Positions 26,330 to 38,078 of a stretch of DNA of 64,000 bases are shown here, piece after piece. Made by a program: the position numbers and the translations under genes. The notes beneath the pieces are model-generated. The model was given only the letters and a program-made list of their open reading frames with translations, was not told the DNA's origin and ran no database searches. This DNA is from Octopus vulgaris (taxonomy: Eukaryota): NCBI GenBank assembly GCA_951406725.2, contig OX597839.1:31930001-31994000 (forward strand), in the 5' to 3' direction. The first letter of the stretch is position 1, and every line of letters starts with the position of its first letter.

Positions 26330-27615
26330 AAATTTACCGATTCCTCAATAGAAATCTTGTTACTTGCAGTTTGGCTTCACTTTTGAAGGTGACAATCCAC
26401 CTCTTTCTAAATGCATCATTTGTGAACAGTTTCTCCCCAAGCGAATGGAAATTACATTTGGAGAAGCACCAGAGCCATTAGCAGAGTAAAAGAAAAATGT
26501 GAATACTTTGGTCAATTGCTAAAAAATAACGAATGCACAGGTAAAGGAATGATTAACAAAGAAACTGTTTCCACTAGGACACTTCTAGTATCACACAGTG
26601 TCACTAATAATTGTCAAGTCTATGATAGCTCACACAGTTGGTGAAACATTAATTCTTCCAGCTTATAAGGAAATTCTATCAATGATACAAAGCCAAGAAG
26701 CTGTGAACGGATAATAAAAGATCCATTGTTAAAATAAGCAATAAATCCATATTTCCAGCATCTCATACAATATTGTGTTGCATAAAACATTTAGTTGTGT
26801 GAGGCTTTCACTTTGTAGTGAGATGAGGGTAAGCAGAGAGGCACAACCAAACAAGAGAATCCAGTTTGTGGATGCAGGCAGAATTATTTTGTCATTCTTT
26901 TGTTGCTGCCAACTGGAATCTACAATTAAGGGTTTGGGTAGCTTCAACTGCACCAATGGTTTAAGGAGCAAGAACATCAGTGGCTGCTTTGTGTTGCAAT
27001 GTTCACAAACAACCATAAAGGTGATGACAACCTCTGCTAAAGGTTTTGTTGTGCTTACAAAACAGATGAACACTGCTAACTTTTTTAAACTCAATGTTTG
27101 TGTATTGTGATGCATGAATGTCATGAAACTGCCATGAAGACCTACACACTGCTTACACTGTGGACATGGTTAATTTTAGCAAATGTAGTCTTCTACAATC
27201 TCATCTCAACACACAGCTTTACAATGTTTCATATAGAAATTGTTAGTTATCCCATGGTAAAGTATTGTAACATGTTCAACTGAATAATGGAGTGGCACTA
27301 TTTTCCAGGGGGTTAAACCATGCATTCATTCAACAGTTTTCACTGACAATAATTGGCATGCCTATTAACAACGAAGATATCAACTCACAGAAGAAATGGG
27401 TTGCAAGGCTCTTAAAGCCTTTCCTGCAATTTCTGAAACTGGAACCTTTGTCATCGTAACTGACAGGGTACCACTATGGCTTATTAATAGTAGATAATTC
27501 AATGAATATTTCTCTATTAAAATGAATCCTCGGTATTAGTTATCAGTGGGCGTGCTGTAAAATCATTTTATATTTTATGGGTGTGTTGTGTTCTGGGAAA
27601 GACTGAGAACTGCTT
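26330..27615 (+). pseudogene. Degenerate hAT-Charlie/Buster-like transposase (ZBED5/ZBED8/SCAND3-type)
   Basis: Frameshifted motifs YLQFGF...KCIICE (BED finger), AHTVGETLILPAYKEI (compare KPHTIGExLILPA), FFCCCQL...KG and KGFVVLTK...CIVMHE (compare HCxIHRE); Charlie-like 3' terminus aagactgagaac at about 27600-27615; a Charlie-like 5' terminus lies at about 23960-24030. Confidence 0.75.
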
Positions 27616-28327
27616 TAGTAAATTTGCCCAGGTAAACTATGTAAACAGGATCGTTAAATCAATGATTTTAGAATAACTTAAGATAAATTAGATAAATATT
27701 AAGTATTTAATGGTAGATGTGACAAATTCCTTTCATGTGATAAATGTAATGGATAATTGATTTTCAAATTCCATAAAAATCAAAAAGTTTGATACGACTG
27801 GATTCTTTTTTGATTTTTATGATTCAATTAGCTTTGTAAGTGCAAACTAACCTCAGGAATTTATTTTATTGATTTTTATGTGGAAACTTTATATCTCCTA
27901 CACAGGCAGTGACCATCAAATATGAAATCCAACTCCAAAATAGAAACTGATGACATCCAAGAAGTAAGATGGTATGACAGAAAATGTTTCAATGTTGACG
28001 TTTAAAAGACAATAAATGTAGTATTTTTTGTGTCATTCACAACATTTTCCATCTGCAACCATCTTTGTTTAGTAGAATAATTTACTTACATTTTGCATTT
28101 TTGAGATAGAAATTATTTCTTGTTCAATGTGAATCTTGTGATGAAAGTTCAAATCCATTTCAAATTAGTTACTTTGTATTGTATTTATGAAAAAGGCTTC
28201 TTAATCTCCAATACAATAATCTTCAATGCAAAATACAGAGTGACCCCTGCCCACAATATTAGACTTTTTCACTCTTCATGCCCATGAAATTTATTCAACA
28301 AACACTTCATTTTTATTACCATTGTTT

Positions 28328-28470
28328 GACGTTAGGAAGGGCATCCAGCTGTAGAAAGCCATGGCAAATCAGACTGGAGTCTGGTGCAGCCTTCCACTGT
28401 GCCAGCCTGGTGAAACTGTCCAACCTATGCCAGCATGGTCAATGGACGTTGAATGAGGATGATGATGATG
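28328..28470 (+). mobile_element. Family C fragment
   Basis: gacgttaggaagggcatccagctgtag...ggacgttgaatgaggatgatgatg. Confidence 0.8.
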
Positions 28471-28577
28471 TTGCAGTTGTAGGCCCTCCTTAATTGTCCC
28501 AGATTCCAGATTTTATCCAAACTGAAACATAGTTTCATTGGGTTTCAGTTTGAAAATCTGAAAATGCTATTGAATAT

Positions 28578-28700
28578 GACAGACAGCTGAAGAAGGTTGG
28601 AGGATACACAGGCTGAACTGTTGTGACCTTAACAACCAAAGATAAAGACATTAGTCCAGATGCATTCAGTGTAATAAAGGGAAGTCTTCATTTATGAATG
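28578..28700 (+). mobile_element. Possible Penelope-like terminal repeat remnant with decayed hammerhead motif
   Basis: CTGAAGA-aggttggaggatacacaggct-GAAC-tgttg, then aacaaccaaagataaagacattagtcc; the GAAA core is mutated. Confidence 0.35.
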
Positions 28701-28829
28701 TTGTTATTGTTGTTGCTATTATTTGTTTAGCCCTAGGTCAGTCATAACTGTCCAATCTGCTTAAAAATCATTACTTTTAGGTTTGAAACATGTGACCATC
28801 CAGTCTGCTTATATATTAGGAACTACATT

Positions 28830-29031
28830 AAGGTGGTTAACTGACGGAATCATTAGCATGCTGAACAAAATAGTTCATGGCATTTCTTCTGAGTTCAAAT
28901 CCCACCAAGATTTCACATTCCATCTTTTCAGGGTAGATGAAAACAAGTACCAGTTAAGTACTGGGGTTGATATAACCAACTAGTCCCCTCCCCAAAATTT
29001 CAGGCACTGTGCTTATAGTGAAAAAAATAAA
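28830..29031 (+). mobile_element. SINE family B with 17-bp TSD, nested in family F
   Basis: TSD atattaggaactacatt at 28813-28829 and 29032-29048. Confidence 0.85.
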
Positions 29032-29053
29032 ATATTAGGAACTACATTGTCTA

Positions 29054-30260
29054 TCATCATCATCATCATCATCATTTAATGTCTACTTTCCATGCTGGCA
29101 GGGGTTAGTCAGTTTGACTGGAACTGGTAAACCAGAGAGCTACACCTGGTTCCAGTCTGATTTTGGCTTGGTTCCTATGGCTGGATGCCCTTCTTAACAC
29201 CAACCACTGTGGGAGGGTAGTAGGTACCGTTTTCTTGTCACTGGCATGGGTGCTTTCACATGTCACCAGCATGAGTGCTTTTACAGGTCACTGGCACAGA
29301 TGCTGTTATGTCACTGGTGCCAGCTACAACTACGATTCCACTCAGCTTGACGAGTCTTCTCAAGCACAACAAATTGCCAAAGGTCACAGTCATTTGTCAT
29401 TATCTCCATGAGACCCAACATTCAAGGATCATGCTTCATCACCTCATCCCATGTCTTCCTGGGCCTACTCCTTCCACTGGTTACCACAGTACTTCTTTAC
29501 ACAACTTTCCTTATCCATATGCATCACATGACCACAACAGTGCAGTTACCTCTCTTGCACATCACATATGATGTCTCTTCTGCCCAATTTTTCTCTCAAC
29601 ATGCTTACACTTTGTTGTACATGCACACTGACATTTTCACATCAAGTGGAACATGCTAGATTCATTTCTTTCAAGCCTTCACATGTCCTCCCCAGTCACA
29701 GCCTATATTTCACTACCATGTAACATGGCTGTTTACACACAGGCATCATACAATCTGCCTTTTGCTCTGAGGGAGAGGCCCTTTGTTGCCAACAAAGGCA
29801 GAAGCTCTCTTAACTTTGCCCAATCTATTCTTATTCTAGCAGCTATGCTCTCAGAGCATCCACCTCCACTGTTGACCTGGTCACCTCGATAACAAAACCT
29901 ATCAACTACTTCTAGGTATCTCCTCTGGCATTCGATGGAGCCTATTTTCTGTACATTCCTAGTATTTATCATACCTGTGCATCTATCACACACAAAGACT
30001 ATTTTCCCTGTTAACCTTCCTCTGATATTGCTGCACTTCTTATGTGTCCACAGCTTGCACCAGGCACACCTTATGGAGTTTTTACCTATGTCTTTTCTAC
30101 AAATCAAGCAGGATCATCCACCTGAATGGATTTGTGATTTGTCTGCTTTCCTACTTACTGAGACTTCGATTTTTTTCTAAATCAATTCTTATACCCTTTG
30201 ACTTCAGATCTTGCTTCGACACCTGAAATTTTTTCTACAGTTCTGGTAGTGATTCAGCTA
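29054..30260 (-). mobile_element. 5'-truncated RTE-clade LINE (RT C-terminus, PHD finger, thumb, 3' UTR, (GAT)n tail)
   Basis: Minus strand IAESLPEL...CLIC...CAWCKLWTHKKC...CDRC...LEVVDRFCYRGD...RIRIDWAKLRELLPLL...KGRLYDACV; stops and frameshifts present. Confidence 0.9.
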
Positions 30261-31702
30261 TGTGTTATTTAAAACAGTAAGATGTGACTTTGAGGGAAAT
30301 TTGGTTGATATTTCTAGTAGCCATGTAGAGGTTCCCTTGGTGGCTCAATGTCACATGAAGTGATGGTGCAGGCATTTGCAAAAGGGGTCAGCCTCAAGCT
30401 CACAAAAGACTAGTGAGGAGACACTAGTGACACAAATATTACCAAAAGCATATCAGAAATCAATTATCATCATCAAGTTGATTATTGCCGAACTAATGAA
30501 ATAATTGATAAAAAAAAAAAAACTCACAACCAATCCTCAATGAAATAGTAGCAGTAGTGTCACCTAATTTTAATTAAGCAGTGGACTGAAACAAGTACAC
30601 TAATTGATGTTCTTCAAAGACTATGCAGTGGCCTTTTACTCAATGTTTTGTAAGTGCTTTGCACTGAGTTGTTGAAATATTTTTTTCCCCTGTATTACAA
30701 AATTTAAACAAATTATTAAAGCCAAACTATATCAACTGTTTTTGCTCTTGCATCTATATTTAGAAGAAAAAATATTTTCAATCACCTTTTCTTCTTCTTT
30801 TTCTTTTCTTTTTTTTTGATATCATTGAAAATAAACATTGTAAATTCTAATTAATATTTAATCATTTCTATCAGATCAAAGTTATAGAAGCGAAAGTATA
30901 TAGCAAATAAAATAAGTAAATAAATAAATAAATAAAATTAAAATTACTAAATGAAGAAAATAATGTTATTCAGTAAACAAATTGTGTTTGAAAGAAATTA
31001 TTTACTTTTTAACTTCCTAAAATTAAATAATTTAAAATTCTCTTTGAAAATCCAGTTCAAAATTTCTATATCCCTCTTTTCACCACTATTCATAAATTTC
31101 AAAAGCAACAGGATCCCGATTCTTAAAGCAATCACAATCTATCCACCACAACGAACAACAACAATTATTATTATTATTATTACTATTATTATTAATTATC
31201 ATTATTATTATCCGAAGAATGAACTCATTCTCTTCATCATCATTGCTGTGATGATTATGAGAATGAATTCATAATTTAAATAAAAATAAAATATTACCAA
31301 GATAATTTTATAAAATTCCATTGTATTTTTTTCTCTTTTATTCCGAATAATTTCTCTGTTTATTTCCTGAACTAAATATCCATTCTATGAACTAGATTTT
31401 CATCATATGAACTAAATGACACGACTGTTTCTGATAAATCAGAATAGAAATAAACCATTTTTTCAAAACAAAACATGCTAAATACATAAATAAATAAAAA
31501 ATATTTCTTATATTTTGCTATTTTTAAAACAGAATAACTCAGTTTCAGTCACCGGGCCTCTGTGAATTAAATGAGTTTAATATGACATCAGAATCCAGAA
31601 AAGATGAAAAAATTCTAAATAGGAAAATGTAGTTAAATAAATTGATGTCTATTTGAAAATATTGGAGACAGATTCATATTTGTCGATATGTTTAGAACCA
31701 TT

Positions 31703-31900
31703 TTAATGCTTTTATTACCATAGCTCTCCTGAATTACACTACCTTTCTTTCAATTAATTTTGAAAATAATGGAAAATTTAGTGAAATAACTTTGTCCTTA
31801 TTGAACTGGTGTTTGAACAAATGAAATTTTGATGGAAGGTAGAAATTCAAATCACTTTAGAACAAGAAGCTTGTATCATAAAACTAGAGGCAAGCTTGAT
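31703..31900. mobile_element. piggyBac-type MITE, degenerate
   Basis: caattaattttgaaaataatg...aataactttgtc...ggtgtttgaac shared with 23665-23888. Confidence 0.5.
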
Positions 31901-31974
31901 ATCAGAAGATTTAGATTATTCAGTTTAAGCAAATTAACTAAACTCTGTTTTCTCTTCTTTTTACTTGGTGTGTT

Positions 31975-32600
31975 TTGAAGGAAGAAGCAGTGCCCACTGA
32001 CCATCTAAAAGTCTTCTGAGATTGGTGAGCTTGATTGCATGAATGCTCCTGTTAAACTGGTATGTATCAGCACCAGCAGGGAATACAAGAAGAGGAACAA
32101 GATTCCAAAGGGATAACATTCAGGGGAGGAAAGAATGAACATAATGGTTAGTGCAAGCCAAGGGTGGGTGGGGGATTAAATACAACAAAATTAATGAGAG
32201 GTAGTTATATGAGCAGGGTTGGGGTGTGAGACGAAACAGCTCTGAGGAACAGAGGCCGTTTATAGCAGTGATAGAGAAGATAGAGAGAAAAGACAACATG
32301 CTCATGGGCCCAAAGGCTGGAGCATGTCTGTTGGTGATTTAATGCCAGTTAGCAAATCCAAAGTGGTCCTTTTCTAAATAAAGTCCAAGATGTCTGTGTG
32401 CATAGAAGCAGCACCATACCAGATGTGATAACAGTAGTCCATTGTGGGTCTCACTAAAGGATAGTAGCATGGCAGCATGTCAGTAAATGTTGAGGGCAGA
32501 AATACTTTTGGCCATGAAGAGAAGGTTCAGTTTTTGGAAAATGGTCTTAGCTAGGTTAAGGGTGTGCTTCCTCCTGCAGAAATTAATAGTGTTAGGATAG
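31975..32600 (-). mobile_element. Degenerate CR1/L2-group LINE, C-terminal region
   Basis: Minus strand YPLVRPTMDYCYHIWYGA (compare VRPxxEYCSxxW) and NGLCSSEL...HYVHSFLP. Confidence 0.7.
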
Positions 32601-33619
32601 AGGTTTCAACCAGAGTGGCCCCAGCAAAATTCTTGGAGTATTAAAAGCATTCCCACGAACATCTAAAATATTCATATTTTGAAAGGAGATCAGAGCCACC
32701 ATAATTATAATGCTATGCAGATTAAAGTAAATGAATGAGGGTGCCTGGGTTGAAAATCCCTAATCTAGACTTAACAAGAGACACCAGAGGATAGAAATGA
32801 AATAAAAAATGGTCAAAATGGAATCACTAAAATTGAGATGGATTAATTGCTTATTGATACTAGAATCATTGACTAAATAAAAAAAATATCATGGCACAAT
32901 TAAACAAGAGGGTAAAATATTAAACACATAAAAAAATTTATAAACAAACCCCAAAGCAACAATTATTTTAGTGAATGGCTTCTATAACCTATTTTTCATG
33001 GTGAGTGAATAAATAGTTGGCTATTAATTGTCTTGATAAGATAATGACAGGTTGGAAACATCTCGACAAACAGAAACAGTGAAATAAATGATGATCTTTG
33101 GATATGGAACAGTAGATATGTCTGTGCTAGGCACAGAATTAATTGAGTGAAACAATTTGCACTATGAAATCCATTAGTCAAATATAGTTGTCTATATGGG
33201 CTTATTCTTGTCAAAGCATTGATAATGTGTAGACTAAAGTCTTAGATATTATTTAGAAAGAAGATAGCTTAAGGGACTGCATTACCAAATCTTTGATTTA
33301 AACCTTAGTTCTACAAAAGTATTTCAGAGTGACTTCAGCTGAATCACATAATTCAAGTTGTCTCAGCCAGTCTGGCTGAAAACAGATAACACAAATACTC
33401 ATCCGAATGGTAAATATTTAATATTTAGGATGACAGCATCTGGTTGTAAGTGACATGATTTAACGATTTGTAAAACTTCTGAATAAATGTGATGATCAGA
33501 CTGAAGCTAATTTAGAAATATACAGGCTTTAAAAAATATAAGTTCTGGTGTTGATAAATATGACTAAAAATTGTTCCATCTGGTGTCATAGCATGGCCAT
33601 AGTGATGAAACAAACGAAA

Positions 33620-33623
<4 letters not shown>

Positions 33624-33673
<50 letters not shown>
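33624..33673. repeat. (TA)n microsatellite
   Basis: Direct reading. Confidence 0.95.
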
Positions 33674-33676
<3 letters not shown>

Positions 33677-33938
33677 TCATCATCATCATCATCATTTAGC
33701 GTCCGCTTTCCATGCTAGCATGGGTTGGACGGTTCAACTGGGGTCTGTGAAGCCAGAAGGCTGCAACAGGCCCAGTCAGATCTGGCAGTGTTTCTACGGC
33801 TGGATGCCCTTCCTAACACCAACCACTCCGTGAGTGTAGTGGGTGCTTTTTATGTGCCACCGCACAGGTGCCAGACGGAGCTGGCAAACGGCCACGAACG
33901 GATGGTGCTTTTTACATGCCACCGGCACGGGAGCCAAG
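33674..33938 (-). mobile_element. Family C, young copy
   Basis: Near-identical to 5575-5873 and 54673-55019. Confidence 0.85.
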
Positions 33939-34130
33939 GCATGGTTATAGATGCAGGTGTGGCTGTATAGTAAAACATTTGCTTCCCAACCACATGGTTC
34001 TAGTTTCAATCCCACTGTGCAGCACCCTGGACAAGGGTCTTCTGTTACAGACACTGGCCAATCAAAGCTTTGTGAGTGGATCTGATAAGCAGAAACTGAA
34101 GGAAGCTCATTATATATATAAGTGTGTATA

Positions 34131-34178
<48 letters not shown>

Positions 34179-34270
34179 CCTGAATAAATGTAATGATAAA
34201 ACTGAAGCTAATTTAGAAATTTACACCTGTCAAAATGCAAAACAACACAAAAATGTAAAATAATAACAAT

Positions 34271-34477
34271 AATCCTTTCTACACATGGTCCGGAGTTTGG
34301 GGGAAGGGTTTAGTTGATCACATTGACCTGGGTGCTTGACTGGTAATTATTTTATTGACACCAAAAGGATGAAAAGCAAAGTCGACCTCGGCAGAATTTG
34401 AGCTCAGAACACAAAGACAGATGAAATGCCGCTTAGCATGTTGTCCATTGTGCTAACAATTCTGTCAGCTAACTGCC

Positions 34478-34479
<2 letters not shown>
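34271..34479 (-). mobile_element. SINE family B flanked by (AAT)n
   Basis: Family B body; (AAT)n at about 34260-34272 and 34478-34570. Confidence 0.8.
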
Positions 34480-34513
<34 letters not shown>

Positions 34514-34534
34514 TTAATAATGATAATAATAATG

Positions 34535-34572
<38 letters not shown>

Positions 34573-35356
34573 GAGGAGGAGGAGGAGGAGGAGGAGAAAT
34601 AAATAAATGAATAAATAAAATAAACAATATGAAAAAATATACAACTTATCTCTATTACTGAGCGAACTTTCAGCAAATAGAATTACCACAGAAAATTGTT
34701 AAATTAGTTGTCAAACAATAATATAAATAGATTGATAATGGAACATACCGTATTGTGACTGACACCTCATATTACAACTAATTACAAGTAAATATTAAGA
34801 AATAATAAATTAGATTGGCCAATGAAACCAACGTTTGACAATAAATGCATTTACTCTACCTTATCTTCTTGCAGTGCAATGAACTAGCACTATTCTGAAA
34901 GATACTAAAGAATTCACTCAATCGTAAAATAATTTACTTATTTGTAGAGGAGGAGGATGATGATGATGATGATGATGATGATGGCCATTATTATTAGTGT
35001 TGGTGTGTCAATGGTTCATTACCAGTTTATCTGGCTACCACCATTATGACAAGACAAAAAAAAGCAAAGAAATTACCACCATCACCATCATCATCATAAC
35101 TTGAGTATAATTATCGTGTGAAGCCTTTTGCACTTCAATAAATAAATAAATAAATAAATAAGTGAACTCTTGGGAAAAGGCATGAATGTCAAAACTTCCT
35201 TATCAGTTATCTTTAAAATGTTCACCCTTCATATAATGTGTCACTGAAAGCCCAGTGAAATTCATTTCCAGACTGGTTTCATTTCTCAGTTCAAATCCTT
35301 GTTTTCCTCATTAACCCTCTCAGAGTTTCTCTCCTTTAAATACATCTTATATCAGA

Positions 35357-35745
35357 CTAGCAGTATCGCCCGGCGTTGCTCGGGTTTGTAAGGGAAATAA
35401 CTATGTAAGCATTTTTAGAGAGTTATAGCAAAAAAATGCATTAAAAATGGAAAAAAAATTATGGTAAATTTTTTAAATCGTTGACTCATCGTAGACATTT
35501 TTAGAGAGTTACTTCCCTTCTATAATAGCGAAAAAAATACATTAAAATGGAAAAAAACGATGGTAAATTTTTTTTTAAATCGTAGACTCATTGTAGACGT
35601 GCGCTAATACCCAGAAGGGCTCGATATGAATCACGACTATAAGATACCCGCTTTTGGTTAAACTGCACCGCAAAATGTGGGAGTAGTTAGGAATCTAAAT
35701 CGTAGGAGACAGACACTCACACAACTTCACTTTTATATATAAAGA
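35357..35745 (-). mobile_element. Non-autonomous Helitron
   Basis: Minus strand starts TC(TTTATATATAAAAG) at 35745 and ends with a GC-rich hairpin (cccgagcaacgccggg) a few nt before the terminal CTAG at 35357-35360; inserted between A and T; internal ~90-100 bp tandem duplication at 35410-35598. Confidence 0.85.
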
Positions 35746-36169
35746 TATCAGATATTATTGATACCACAGTAGATGGAATAAATGACCCAGTTTCACTTTT
35801 AGGGTGAAATCACTTTGATGCTTCAAATCTCTTGCAAAAGGCATGACTACTCCATTACTCAGCATCTTGACTTATTTCTTTCTCTTTCCATTAAATACAA
35901 CTGGTTTTTAAGAGGAATTTTTTTCTTCCTTTACAGACATCTTCTGCTTCCACTCCAAATAAAAGTACAGTAAAGGGTTGGTTTTTGTTTAAGTAATTTA
36001 TCTTTCATGAAAACATTTCTGGTTATGAGGAAATATTATCTTGCTTGAAAATAGCCGAGGGCTGGCATCAGGAAGGGCATCTGGCCATTGAAAATCTGCC
36101 TCAACAAAATTCTATCTGACTTGTGCACGCATTGTAAAGTGGATGTAAAGATGATTACACATGTATATA

Positions 36170-36200
<31 letters not shown>

Positions 36201-36227
36201 CACACACACGTGCACACACACACACGT

Positions 36228-36283
<56 letters not shown>
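36170..36283. repeat. (CA)n microsatellite
   Basis: Direct reading. Confidence 0.95.
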
Positions 36284-36286
<3 letters not shown>

Positions 36287-36817
36287 TAGCAGGTGAGTAT
36301 TTACATCTGTGCTTGCCTGAAAATGGCTTCACTAAAAATCATATCATTGCTGTCATTTCCCTAGCCAACAAGTAAGCCACTGGGTTTGCACTTTCAAAGA
36401 TCCCTTACTTGAAAAACAGGTAAGGGTTAGCAGCAAGAAGGGCATTTAGATGTAAAACAAGGCCATGCTAACATTGAAAAAAAGCAAATATAAAATGAAA
36501 CAAAGTGAATTAGAAGAGAAGGCAGAGGAGTTCTTTCCATGACTTTTTCAAGTTCTCTCTCAAACTGGTGACAGCACTCTGGTTTATATTTTGTTGTTAA
36601 AAGTTAACTTTTGCCTGTAGGATAATGGATTTGGCCCAAGTGATTAGTGTGGAATTTAGGCAGCACTAGTGATGAGAAGAAGAATACAGGCTTCAGCAAT
36701 AATTTCAGAGAGGACAAACACACTGGAGCAGAAACAGAGAGAAATAACATTGCATCTATGGGCAACTAGTTGTAGCATGGTTTTGAAACTTTACTATCTG
36801 CTGGATGACATTTTTAT

Positions 36818-36863
<46 letters not shown>

Positions 36864-36918
36864 CAGCAGCAGCAGCAGCAGTAGTAGCAGCAGCAGTAGT
36901 TGCAACAGCAGCAGCAGC
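36818..36918. repeat. Compound (AGT)n(AGC)n microsatellite
   Basis: Direct reading. Confidence 0.95.
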
Positions 36919-37304
36919 AAAAGTGTCCACAGTATATGACTACAGCTGTAACGTAGATCACACTTGAGCTTTGTAAAGCTGGAGTATTTTTCTGGCCCTA
37001 AGCCTCGTCTTTAGAAGATGAAGTTTTGACAGTGAGTTTGCTGTGTGGGATCAACAGGGTTTATAAGGCATTTAGAAATGACTTTGAAGATTTTCGTTTT
37101 GTACTTATTAGTTCGTTCTTTTAGACATTGGACTGTAGCCATGTGGAAATACTGCCTTCATGTAGTCTTCATACATGTGCATTTTGCATGTTGTTTAAGG
37201 CCAGCTGCAAGACAGATTCTTTGAAATATATGCAAGTTTATCTCTGTTCACAGAAGTAGTTTTATAAAATGGAGCATGGTTTTTTTTTTTTCATCTTCTA
37301 GTTA

Positions 37305-37580
37305 GGAGATGTATAGCTTAGGGTTTAGGGAGTTGCACTTACTGTTGTAGGGTTTTGGCTTCAATTCTGGGACCAGGTGGTGCATTGTGTTCTTGAGCAA
37401 ATCTTTCCTTTCATGTGGCTCCAGTTCCATTCAGCTGCAAACTGGTTCCAACAACAACAGGGAAGTGGACCCTGCAATGGTCTGGTGTCCTATTTAGAAG
37501 GGAGTGTTGTCACCTCAGTCACTCAAAAGCCATGGAAACCAGATTTAACTCCAGCCTGATGAATTCTGGGGCTTATGACA
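37305..37580 (+). mobile_element. Family D-type SINE, old; same tail as 51521-51775
   Basis: gcattgtgttcttgagcaaa core, then cctgcaatggtctggtgtcc...ggaaaccag. Confidence 0.6.
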
Positions 37581-37894
37581 GACCAGACCTAAGAAAATCA
37601 GAAGGGAAGGTAGTGCCCATGACCCTTTACAGAGCCTTTGAGACTTGTGGGAGGGAGGGAGGGAAGTCTTCTCAAACTGGAGAATAACCTGAATACTTGT
37701 AATAGAATGGATATCACTAAAGGAACCCAAGGTACCAGGGTGATGGATTAAGTTTACTGCCCATAAGGCTTTGGTTGGAATAAGGCTATAGTAGAAGACA
37801 CCTGCCCAAAGTGCTATGCAGTGGGACTGAACCTGGAACCATGATTTGGTTGGGAAACAAACTTCTTCCCACACAGCCACACCTGTACCTATGT

Positions 37895-38078
37895 TTTAAT
37901 TAATTTTGAAAACATTAATGAATTTAGTTAAATAACTTTATCAGTATTAATCTGGTTTTTGGAACTTAAATTACGATGAAATTTTCATGCAAAGTTTTTA
38001 ACTTGGATTGCTTTATAACAGAAAGTTTATATATAGAACCATGAGTGGTATCAGGCAGGGTAGCATTAAAAGGGTTAA
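37895..38078. mobile_element. piggyBac-type MITE, degenerate
   Basis: Ends aaaagggTTAA; body shared with 23665-23888. Confidence 0.6.

Noticed and set aside
26729-27124. 131-aa minus-strand ORF
   Set aside because: Antisense to the degenerate hAT transposase
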